A DNA stretch of 64,000 nucleotides from Myxococcales bacterium UBA1238 (GTDB lineage Bacteria > Myxococcota_A > Bradymonadia > UBA7976 > UBA1532), in contig DBWM01000043.1 in the NCBI GenBank assembly GCA_002309015.1, positions 19,411 to 83,410 of the forward strand, written 5' to 3'. Below are positions 57,201-64,000 of this stretch, in pieces. Position 1 is the stretch's first letter, and every line of letters begins with the position of its first letter. The notes beneath the pieces were generated by a model that made no database searches, was not told the origin of the DNA, and was given only the letters and a program-made list of their open reading frames with translations. A program made the position numbers and the translations under genes.

Positions 57201-57631
57201 AGAACTTAAATCGAAGCACATGGATCGATGACTCTGTTTGCGAGACGGTCTTCTTTGATAGTGAAGCTTGTGAAGATGATGGCCAGGGGGGAGAGGATGC
57301 AGGGCCTGACGCCGAGCCGGATGCAGAGGTCGATGCAGAAGAGGACGCGGATCTTGAGGACTCTGAGTTGGACAATGATTCTGGGAAAGATTCCGGCGCA
57401 GAAGAGCCTGAAGACAGCGCGGTCACTGCCGATGACGACGATGCCGGAGACGATGTTTGTACCGATGCGCCCTGGATTTGCGATCACGATGACAGCTGCA
57501 ACTGCCGTTTAGGCCAGTCCCATGCGCCGCATTTTTGGGGCCTTTTGGGGTTAGCGGTTCCGTTCGTCTTGTCGCGCCGCGCACGTAAACGAGCCAAACT
57601 CGTTGAAAACAAAGGGGAAAGGCATCAGTGA
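54230..57631 (+). CDS. Secreted multidomain subtilisin-like serine protease (S8) with a PKD-like domain, acidic spacer and MYXO-CTERM-like anchor
   Basis: GTG start after GGAGAG. Signal peptide MKRYVQLFILLLAAAAP. Catalytic triad contexts VAVIDSGVDVLHP, HGTAVASII and GTSASAAVVAGALALL. It also has WYRFDYGNDGYFD (PKD-like) and the C-terminus CNCRLGQSHAPHFWGLLGLAVPFVLSRRARKRAK. Confidence 0.85.
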   Translation: MKRYVQLFILLLAAAAPMNSSWGEEESDPKPGSLKTVSIDPTFEFLQTTLEQFGPQSAIFGAEGLPQGTDLSGAGAYVIFRYAPMESELKALSELIRFYRDADGNLNHTGKVYSAFVPFSSLPKLSKSQLIERIEASWHPKASRNLAQVVAEAQADEIYLRPVDGLDGRGTTVAVIDSGVDVLHPHFFHADGGFYAWRKFDNGSDSKDFEVNKDCVDFDGDGQCSEYERLKLLKAHTLHDGGPFKNDLSAEVSELFLPEVDWLYLDLNGDGRRNAGVDEGFTETSLAYGEPIFVVQDANANGMLNVNELLVRLGSSKIRAVVYKDKTYERGITGKTSLIYAARDLRASQAVHGTAVASIIVGGQQESHKRVGLAPGADLVMFVNEGGQEYAQSELPVWLNQLQKYQPRVLLHEWAIESRFASDGHSAIEQAIDTLYRDEHMLQITPAGNWGQAKKQLLIDLTQPKSSYELPFVVPSASESYQTAIFDFTWPRALGSGSLALTVPCEVGASNCAVNTWYLEQGSGYLPLGQGMYAYVTVDLNDQDPFIHTTLYLTVGEQQNRAGLVKGDWNLSISHLNSSALSGSSNKYLSARVNDLLSGKDEGIAWNISSGQTHIDVNGGSLLLPATANSAFVVGAYAGQFVESGRKLGDLRSYSSRGPRVDGLAKMNLGAPDDPVVALASNAEDLQKGYGNSWFDAFYGTSASAAVVAGALALLLEKYPTWSNERLTARYTENAVTANWNSTIPYETAWGVGKLNVRKSIYGNNVGPASNKSPRGKLSAYGRADRSIYFDAQASRDDDGDVLWYRFDYGNDGYFDTDWQLEPISGPWAWSSEDDNASSEDDNASSEDDDPIGVLNEDHSEGFLDKLLFARVDVRDQWGGRGGYIHTFTRGQIMGSRNQQICEQYCEDMATLKGSSLCRKAMEGIDLTDCLWNCTQMDFHDPGKGVDPITAIESENKEWIKPTDSIGNLRVLQPSDDSINCRMARMLLILQNLNRSTWIDDSVCETVFFDSEACEDDGQGGEDAGPDAEPDAEVDAEEDADLEDSELDNDSGKDSGAEEPEDSAVTADDDDAGDDVCTDAPWICDHDDSCNCRLGQSHAPHFWGLLGLAVPFVLSRRARKRAKLVENKGERHQ
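56719..56781 (+). repeat. Perfect in-frame 21-bp tandem repeat (2 identical copies plus 1 near-identical) inside the S8 protease gene
   Basis: GAGTTCGGAGGATGACAATGC at 56719..56739 and 56740..56760, then GAGTTCGGAGGATGACGATCC at 56761..56781. Together they encode SSEDDNA-SSEDDNA-SSEDDDP. Confidence 0.9.
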
Positions 57632-57882
57632 TGCATCACATTGTGGCTATATTGGTGGAGCGCCGTCAGGAGGCTGCGAGCAAGGTGCAGGCGCTGTTGA
57701 GCCATTGGGCCATGTTCATCAAAACCCGCCTCGGTCTGAACGACGGCGTGGGTGATGCCTGCGCCGTCTCGGGACTGATGATCCTCGAAATGATCGGCGA
57801 TGAAGCCAAACTCGTCGATTTTATTAAGGAACTAAATCAAATCGATGGCGTGGAAGCCCAGAAGATGACTCTGGGCCGCTGA
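57631..57882 (+). CDS. Small ACT/ferredoxin-fold protein, TM1266-like (putative regulatory)
   Basis: About 83 aa. [34 protein letters not shown]...[33 protein letters not shown] resembles the TM1266 family as I remember it. The start (GTG 57628 or ATG 57631) overlaps the protease stop. Confidence 0.4.
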   Translation: MHHIVAILVERRQEAASKVQALLSHWAMFIKTRLGLNDGVGDACAVSGLMILEMIGDEAKLVDFIKELNQIDGVEAQKMTLGR

Positions 57883-57913
57883 GCGCTTTTGTGATAAAAG
57901 GTCCGTTTGGCGT

Positions 57914-58942
57914 GTGGTGAAAACCCGGGTGGGAGCAAAATTGAAGGACGCCAAAAAACTGACCTTTGTCGCTATTCAGATGGGGGCAGATGCGGCACAA
58001 ATTGAGGCTCAGCTGAAAGGCTTCGGTTTGTGGCCGCATCCTCAGATGGGGGCAGCGGGCCATTTGGGGTTTGCCATCGAGCCCCATTCGATGCCGATAG
58101 ATCCCCAAAAGCTGCAGTCCATCGCAGGAATCGCCGATGTTTTCTGGGCGCCGAGCGCGCATCCTCTGGTCGATGCTCAGGCCGATCGCGCGTTTGAAGA
58201 TTGGTCTCCTAAGCAAAATTTCCTTTTAATTGCGGGACCTTGCTGCGTTGAGTCGCCTGAGCAAATCGGGCGTTCAGCGCAGATGGCGGCGCGGGCGGGC
58301 GCAAGCTGGCTTCGGGGCGGAGCTTTTAAACCGCGCACTTCTCCTTACGCATTCAAGGGTTACGGCGCAACTGCTCTCGATTGGCTGAGATCTGCGGCGG
58401 ATGCGCATCACCTGAAGGCGGTGACCGAGTTGGTGGCTGCGGAAGATGCAGCGCTTGTGGCCGAAAAGGCGGACGCGATCCAAATTGGCGCAAGAAATAT
58501 GCAAAATTACGCGCTTTTAAAAGCCGCAGGGGAGACCCATCGCCCTCTGTTGTTAAAGCGCGGCATGTCGGCGTCGTTGGAAGACTGGCTTTTAGCGGGT
58601 GAGCATGCGCTTCTGGCGGGCGCTGAAGCGGTCATCTTTTGCGAGCGCGGGATCGCCGGACTGGGCCAAAATACAAGGAATCTTCTGGACTTAGCAACGG
58701 TCGCGCTGCTCAAGCGGGAGCTCGGTCAACCCGTCATCGTCGATCCTTCGCATGCGGTGGGGCGAAGGGATTTGATCCCCTGCATGGCTGAGGCGGCTTG
58801 CGTGGCGGGGGCGGACGGCGTGATGGTCGAGATCCACCCGGAGCCTGGAAAAGCGTTGAGCGACGGCAGTCAGGCGCTCGATGCGGCGGGATTGCAGGCG
58901 GTGGCGGAGGGGTTAAAGCGCGTTTGGGGCAGGGCTCACTGA
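57914..58942 (+). CDS. aroF: 3-deoxy-7-phosphoheptulonate (DAHP) synthase, type I-beta, with an N-terminal ferredoxin-like regulatory domain
   Basis: [31 protein letters not shown] and [11 protein letters not shown] motifs. The N-terminal ~95 aa parallels the Thermotoga-type FL domain. The exact start is uncertain, with several GTG/TTG candidates. Confidence 0.85.
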   Translation: MVKTRVGAKLKDAKKLTFVAIQMGADAAQIEAQLKGFGLWPHPQMGAAGHLGFAIEPHSMPIDPQKLQSIAGIADVFWAPSAHPLVDAQADRAFEDWSPKQNFLLIAGPCCVESPEQIGRSAQMAARAGASWLRGGAFKPRTSPYAFKGYGATALDWLRSAADAHHLKAVTELVAAEDAALVAEKADAIQIGARNMQNYALLKAAGETHRPLLLKRGMSASLEDWLLAGEHALLAGAEAVIFCERGIAGLGQNTRNLLDLATVALLKRELGQPVIVDPSHAVGRRDLIPCMAEAACVAGADGVMVEIHPEPGKALSDGSQALDAAGLQAVAEGLKRVWGRAH

Positions 58943-60528
58943 GCGAGGCGCTTGGGGGCGATGGCGGTGAGGTCGATGGGGCATTGGGCCGCGTAACGCT
59001 TGAAATTCTCGATGTATTTTGAAGCCAGGGCGTCGGCTGCTTTGCGGTATGCGGCGCTGTCGGGCCAGCTTTGGGCGGGGTTTAAAATTTCGCTCGGCAC
59101 GTTGGGGCAGCTTTGGGGGATTTCAAATCCGAAGACGGGATCCTTGTTATAGGCCACGTCGGCCAGCTGGCCAGTGAGCGCTGCGTCGAGCAGGGCGCGG
59201 GTGTAACCGATGGAGATGCGGTGTCCCACGCCGTAAGGTCCGCCCACCCAGCCCGTGTTGATGAGCCAGCATTGCGCGCGGTCGCGTTCCAGGCGCTCTT
59301 TGAGCATCTGAGCGTAGCGGTAAGGCGGGTGAACCATAAACGGCGCGCCAAAACAGGCCGAAAACGTCATCTGCGGCTCTTTGCCCAGCCCCAGCTCGGT
59401 GCCCGCAATCTTCGAAGTGTATCCCGAAATGAAGTGGTACAGGCTTTGCTCCGGGTTTAATCGCGCGATGGGCGGCAGCACGCCCTGAGCGTCGCAGGTG
59501 AGCAGAATCACGTTTTTAGGCGTCGACCGGGCAAAGCGTTCCTTAATTGAATGATCAATGAATTCAATGGGATAGGACGCCCGCGTGTTTTCTGTTAAGC
59601 TTGCATCGTCAAAATTTACGGCGCGCGTTTCGGGATCGTAGACCACGTTTTCCAGGATGGTGCCGAAGCGCTCGGTTGCGCGGTAGATGTCGGGCTCGTT
59701 CTGGGGTGAAAGCCGGATCACCTTGGCGTAGCAGCCGTTTTCAAAATTAAAGGTGCTGTCGCTGCTCCAGCCGTGCTCGTCGTCGCCGATGATGTCGCGT
59801 TTGGGATCGGCCGAGAGCGTCGTTTTGCCGGTGCCCGAGAGCCCAAAAAAGATGGCCACGTCGCCTTCCGGCCCCCGGTTCGCCGAGCAGTGCATGGGCA
59901 AAATCTCCTGGAAGGGCAGGAGATAGTTCATCACCGTAAAGACGGTCTTCTTGATTTCGCCCGCGTAGCTCGTGCCGCAGATGAGCGCCAGTCTTGAGGC
60001 AAAGTTGATGGCGATGGCGGTCTCAGATCGCGTGCCGTCGATGCGCGGATCGGCAAAAAAATGGGGGGCGGCGATGACCGTAAAATCGGGGATGAAGGAT
60101 TCGGCGGCTTCGTCTGAGCAGGGGGCGAGCATGTTGCGCGCAAAGAGCGATTGCCAGGCGCATTCGGTGATCACGCGCACCTTAAACTGAACGTCGCCTG
60201 CGCCCGCGATGCAGTCCTGGACGAACACGTCGCGGCCCTGCAGATAGGCTGAGAGTCTTGCATGCAATCCGTCGAATTTTTCGATGCTGATGGGCCTGTT
60301 TTGCTGTCCCCACCAAATGTGATCGGCGGTCGAGCTCTCTTTGACAAAATATTTATCTTCGGCAGCGCGGGCGGTGAATTTGCCCGTATGGACGGCGAGC
60401 GCGCCATGCTGAACGACGACGCCTTCGCCGCGTTTGAGCGCTTCTTCGTAAAGGCGGGGCGCATTTAAAGACCAATACACATTGCGTAAGAGTCGTAACC
60501 CCGCAGATTCCAATCCGAATTTGCTCAT
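58936..60528 (-). CDS. pckA: Phosphoenolpyruvate carboxykinase (ATP)
   Basis: [13 protein letters not shown] kinase-1a motif. ATG 60528 overlaps the upstream aminotransferase stop (ATGA); the track ORF starts at GTG 60537. Confidence 0.9.
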   Translation of the reverse strand: MSKFGLESAGLRLLRNVYWSLNAPRLYEEALKRGEGVVVQHGALAVHTGKFTARAAEDKYFVKESSTADHIWWGQQNRPISIEKFDGLHARLSAYLQGRDVFVQDCIAGAGDVQFKVRVITECAWQSLFARNMLAPCSDEAAESFIPDFTVIAAPHFFADPRIDGTRSETAIAINFASRLALICGTSYAGEIKKTVFTVMNYLLPFQEILPMHCSANRGPEGDVAIFFGLSGTGKTTLSADPKRDIIGDDEHGWSSDSTFNFENGCYAKVIRLSPQNEPDIYRATERFGTILENVVYDPETRAVNFDDASLTENTRASYPIEFIDHSIKERFARSTPKNVILLTCDAQGVLPPIARLNPEQSLYHFISGYTSKIAGTELGLGKEPQMTFSACFGAPFMVHPPYRYAQMLKERLERDRAQCWLINTGWVGGPYGVGHRISIGYTRALLDAALTGQLADVAYNKDPVFGFEIPQSCPNVPSEILNPAQSWPDSAAYRKAADALASKYIENFKRYAAQCPIDLTAIAPKRLAQ

Positions 60529-61748
60529 TTGATGCACTCCGCGCGGCGGACTCGTTTGCCGCCGATTTCAATTTCATCCGATCCGTCTGCGCCTAAAGCC
60601 CAGGAGATGCGCCTGAAGCCTTCCACGATGTCTTTCATGCTGCCGCAGTAAGAGATGCGCAGATGGCCTTCCATGCCAAAATCGAGCCCGGGAACCGTCG
60701 CCACCCGAACCGAATTGATCAAATATTCCGCGAGCTTATGCGAACTCTTTTCGTACGCCGAAAAATCGATGAACGAATAAAAAGTGCCGTGAGGCTTTTC
60801 CACTTTGAGTCCGGGAATGCTGCGCGCGAGATCGACCAGCACATCGCGCTGGTTTTGAAGCGTGAGGCGCAGGCTCTCCACCGAAGATTGCGGACCCGTC
60901 AGCGCCGCCACCGCCGCATGTTGCAGAAGTGCAGATGGCCCAGAAGAAAAATGGCTTTGGATATTGTTCATCGCCTGAATCAGAACGGGGCTCGCCACCG
61001 CCCAGCCGATGCGGAAACCGGTCATCGCATATTGTTTTGAAATGCCGTTGATCACGACCAGCTTGGAGCGCTCGTCAAAGCTCTGGGCGTAATCAAAGCA
61101 GCTCAGCATCGGATAACCGTCAAAGGTGAGGCGGTGATAAATGTCGTCCATGATCAGCCAGAGATCGCGGCGTTCGCAAAGCTGCACCAGATCCGAAACC
61201 AGGCTTTCGGGGTAAGTCAGGCCCGATGGATTGTTTGGGCTGTTGAGGATAATCGCCTTTGTTTTCGGAGAGATAGCGGCTTCAAAGGCTTTGATGGTGG
61301 GGATGTAGCCCGACTCTGGGTTGACCACACGCGAGACGCCGCCGCAGAGGCTCACCATCTCGGGATAGCTCACCCAATAGGGCGCAGGAAAAATCACCTC
61401 GTCGCCGGGATCGATGATGGCCAGAAGCGCGGTCATGATCGCCTGCTTGGCGCCGTTCGAGGCGATGACGTTTTTGGGGGTGATCTCCTGGCGATAAAAA
61501 GTTTGCGTGTAATCGACGATCGCTTTTCGCAAAGCGGGTGTCCCCGCCGATGGAGTGTAACGAATTTCTCCTGAATTCAATAGGTTAGAAGCTGCAACGA
61601 TGGCACCGAAGGGGGCGCAGGATTTGGGTTCGCCGCCGCCCAGATGGATGACCGACTCGCCCTGAGCGCGCAGTTGAGCGGCTTTTTCGTTGATTTTTAA
61701 GGTGGGGGAAGAATGGATGGATTGACCGATTCGGCTCAGTGTGATCAT
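60525..61748 (-). CDS. Class I/II pyridoxal-phosphate-dependent aminotransferase (aspartate aminotransferase-like)
   Basis: The likely start is MITLSRIG (ATG 61748); the track ORF extends to 61805. NSPNNPSG and the PLP-lysine context SKQYAMTGFRIGW. Confidence 0.85.
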   Translation of the reverse strand: MITLSRIGQSIHSSPTLKINEKAAQLRAQGESVIHLGGGEPKSCAPFGAIVAASNLLNSGEIRYTPSAGTPALRKAIVDYTQTFYRQEITPKNVIASNGAKQAIMTALLAIIDPGDEVIFPAPYWVSYPEMVSLCGGVSRVVNPESGYIPTIKAFEAAISPKTKAIILNSPNNPSGLTYPESLVSDLVQLCERRDLWLIMDDIYHRLTFDGYPMLSCFDYAQSFDERSKLVVINGISKQYAMTGFRIGWAVASPVLIQAMNNIQSHFSSGPSALLQHAAVAALTGPQSSVESLRLTLQNQRDVLVDLARSIPGLKVEKPHGTFYSFIDFSAYEKSSHKLAEYLINSVRVATVPGLDFGMEGHLRISYCGSMKDIVEGFRRISWALGADGSDEIEIGGKRVRRAECIK

Positions 61749-61812
61749 TTTGTCTCCGCAAAAGCGCTTTTCTTCATAATGGCGACGCGATCGGGAGACT
61801 GTCAATCACAAC

Positions 61813-64000
61813 CTAGCGCCGCCAGCGCATGCGCACCTGAACGCGCGCGTTTTTCGGGGCATCGGGGCCGGGCGGTACGAGTTCAAAAGAGACGCCCGAT
61901 TGGGGCAGCTGGACGGCGTTGAATTTGAGCTCGGGGTTGATATGCGCATTCTGGTCGTCGAACTGTGCGACCGCGCGGTGAGGCGCCTGGGCCACAGGAA
62001 CCAGCTCGTTACCTTTTATCTCAAAGAATTCAAGACCTTGCGCGTGTTCCTTCAATGCAAACGGTGCATCAAAACAATGGGCGGTGCGCCAGGCTCGATT
62101 GCGCAGGCGATATTGCGTTCCCTTTTGAGTGACCTGCCGTTCGAGCAGCTCCGAGACCGGCCAGAATGTTGCCCGCTCATCACCCGGAAGTACGTCTAAC
62201 AATGCGTAATTAAACATTAATTTTGAATCGCCGTAGCTCAGCTCATCCAGGGGCGTCGCATCGTTTGGGCAATCGATATCGGCTGGACGGTAAGCTTTGG
62301 GACGCACAAAACAGAGGGTCTTTTCGAAGGCCGCCTTAAGCTCCTCCTGGCCGCCATCAAATTTGTAATGCGTGTCAAATTTTGCGGGATCGCCCTCATA
62401 CCATTGGGCGAAATCGGGCAGGACAAAATCGTTGGTCTCCGCATCGAGGGCGAGCAAAAAACCGTTGCCAAATCCATTGTTAAGAGGCTCGTTTTCGCTC
62501 CAGGGGTAGGTGCCGTTGTAATACCAGACCATCACGCCCGATCGCGGCTGAATGCGCAAAGCGCGCAGCTGACCGCTCTTGGGATCGGCGTAAAACCGGA
62601 AGGCGTTGCGATCGGCCAGATGAGCGTCGTAGGAATCCGGGTTTTCGATGTCGCGGTATTCCAGAATATAGGCGTGAGGCACCCACATCTGATGCTCGCC
62701 GCTGCTCTTCAAAAAGCCGTCAAGTTGCCAGTCCGCAAGGGATTCTCCTTCCTCAAAGCCCCAATGCCGCGCTTCTTTTTGCTCCACAAACAGCCGGACG
62801 TCGTCAAAGAAAAAGCCGCGATTGACCGCCGCACCGTCGGTAAACGCCTTGAATCGAACGAGCGCCTTTTGATGCGCTAACTCGCTTAAATCAAATGAGA
62901 TTTTCTGCCAAACGGGTTGTTCGCAATCGCTGTCCTGATCCTGAGATGGTTTTTGAGCGCAGCCCGGAAGCGATTCGTTATGGCCGTCGCCGTCCAAATC
63001 GCCCGAAATCCCCGTAAATCCGGGCAGACTGTCGTGACCGTCGTGACCGTGCTGCGCGGGCATTTGCCGCAAATCCGCAGGGCGATGCCGCTTCCAGGTC
63101 CGGCCGCCGTCGACGGAGGTTTCAAAGTAAGTAAAGTCCCATCCCGCCTCGATGTCCCACCATGCCATAAAATCGAGTGAAATCGGTGCGTTAGCATTCT
63201 TTAAATCGAGATTCAGCTGGGCCGTGCGGTTCAGATCGTTGCCTTGCCCGCTGTAGAGTCCCCATTCCCCTTCGGGCGGATCCGAGAGCGTGATCACGCG
63301 CTTTTTCGGCGGCAGATGGATGACGGCGGCCTGCCATGCGTGAGAAGAAATCTCTTTATCTTCAGTGGGTTGCAAGTCGTCGAGCGAGGCTAAATAAAAG
63401 CTTTGCTCGCGCTCTCCCCCAAGTTCAGGCGGCAGCAGGACCGCCGGTTTGAGCCAGCCCAGCATCATGCGCGACCAGGCCGAAAGATTTTGCGGCAGGG
63501 GATCGGTGGTGGCGCTCATCAAATCCCAGATGCCGGTGGAGTTGTTCGAGACGCGCGCGTAAATGTCGGGCAGGCCGATGGAATGGCCAAATTCGTGGGT
63601 AAAGGTGGAGGGGCTCGTGTATTCCGCCTGCATGTTGTAGTCGCGAGCCCAGATCGCGCCCTGCTGAAGCGGCACGCCGCCCAATGGATTGAGCTTTCCG
63701 CTTAAGCTGGGTCCTTCTCCCGTGCGGCGCTGGAGCACAAATCGGTGGGGCCATAAGCGCTCGCTGCATTCGCGTTCGCGCTCGTTTAAAGTGCCTAAGA
63801 TTTCGAGGCCGTTTTCGGGCGTAAATTTCTGATCTAATTGATAAAGCGCCTGGCAGGAGGACTGGCCTGCACCCGCAAAGATGAGCACCAGATGGTCGAT
63901 GTAGCCGTCGGGTTCGTTATGCTCGCCGTCCTGGTCAAAATCATGGGGATCAAAGCGGTCGAACTCTTTGAGATCAAAGGCGTTTTTCTCGCGCTGCATT
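61813..64000 (-). CDS. M6-family (immune inhibitor A-like) secreted metalloprotease; the 5' end is probably beyond the window
   Basis: At least 728 aa with the HEFGHSIGLPDIY zinc motif. The reading frame is open to the window edge, so the ATG at 63999 may not be the true start. Confidence 0.8.
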   Translation of the reverse strand, partial: MQREKNAFDLKEFDRFDPHDFDQDGEHNEPDGYIDHLVLIFAGAGQSSCQALYQLDQKFTPENGLEILGTLNERERECSERLWPHRFVLQRRTGEGPSLSGKLNPLGGVPLQQGAIWARDYNMQAEYTSPSTFTHEFGHSIGLPDIYARVSNNSTGIWDLMSATTDPLPQNLSAWSRMMLGWLKPAVLLPPELGGEREQSFYLASLDDLQPTEDKEISSHAWQAAVIHLPPKKRVITLSDPPEGEWGLYSGQGNDLNRTAQLNLDLKNANAPISLDFMAWWDIEAGWDFTYFETSVDGGRTWKRHRPADLRQMPAQHGHDGHDSLPGFTGISGDLDGDGHNESLPGCAQKPSQDQDSDCEQPVWQKISFDLSELAHQKALVRFKAFTDGAAVNRGFFFDDVRLFVEQKEARHWGFEEGESLADWQLDGFLKSSGEHQMWVPHAYILEYRDIENPDSYDAHLADRNAFRFYADPKSGQLRALRIQPRSGVMVWYYNGTYPWSENEPLNNGFGNGFLLALDAETNDFVLPDFAQWYEGDPAKFDTHYKFDGGQEELKAAFEKTLCFVRPKAYRPADIDCPNDATPLDELSYGDSKLMFNYALLDVLPGDERATFWPVSELLERQVTQKGTQYRLRNRAWRTAHCFDAPFALKEHAQGLEFFEIKGNELVPVAQAPHRAVAQFDDQNAHINPELKFNAVQLPQSGVSFELVPPGPDAPKNARVQVRMRWRR

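Overview
This is a 64-kb, densely packed, GC-rich chromosomal segment. I call about 52 protein genes, one tRNA-Pro(CGG) and two hairpin terminators. I saw no rRNA, CRISPR array, integrase, transposase or prophage signature. Several protein features point to a Myxococcota/Bdellovibrionota-type ('deltaproteobacterial', probably proteolytic or predatory) organism: MopE-type Cys-rich repeats, thrombospondin type-3 (TSP3) Ca-binding repeats, MYXO-CTERM-like C-terminal anchors, an FGE-sulfatase fusion, and several large secreted proteases. Most of the window is housekeeping: prmC, dapB-dapA, an adenosine deaminase-like gene, ffh, GT2/GT1 glycosyltransferases and a methyltransferase, tlpA-like, nagZ, tal, a CoxLSM-type molybdenum hydroxylase with a MocA-like gene, apbC, yhbY-tsaC, priA-def-fmt-rsmB-rpe-tRNAPro, parC-parE, pepN, hisS, radA, glpK, aroF, pckA and an aminotransferase. 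I found no recognisable defence system, secretion machine or biosynthetic cluster. The best candidates for something undescribed are listed below.

1. A tandem pair of paralogous, family-less proteins with winged-helix-like cores lies between priA and parE/parC (29.6-31.8 kb).
2. A 1579-aa TSP3-repeat surface protein with a novel N-terminal region sits next to a 673-aa coiled-coil protein of unknown family (36.8-43.7 kb).
3. That giant protein and an S8 protease share a variant Cys/SH-x-P/W-LLGL/Arg C-terminal sorting tag.
4. Two AT-rich, palindrome- and repeat-laden noncoding islands of about 450 bp occupy convergent gene junctions, in a genome where other convergent genes abut or overlap.

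Smaller observations:
- The rpe stop codon lies inside the tRNA-Pro.
- A standalone MshEN-type (c-di-GMP-binding) protein carries the full tandem motif.
- C/T-rich, G-poor tracts recur right after stop codons.
- Two genes contain perfect in-frame tandem repeats.

All functional calls rest on motif recognition by eye and memory of the families; no searches were run.
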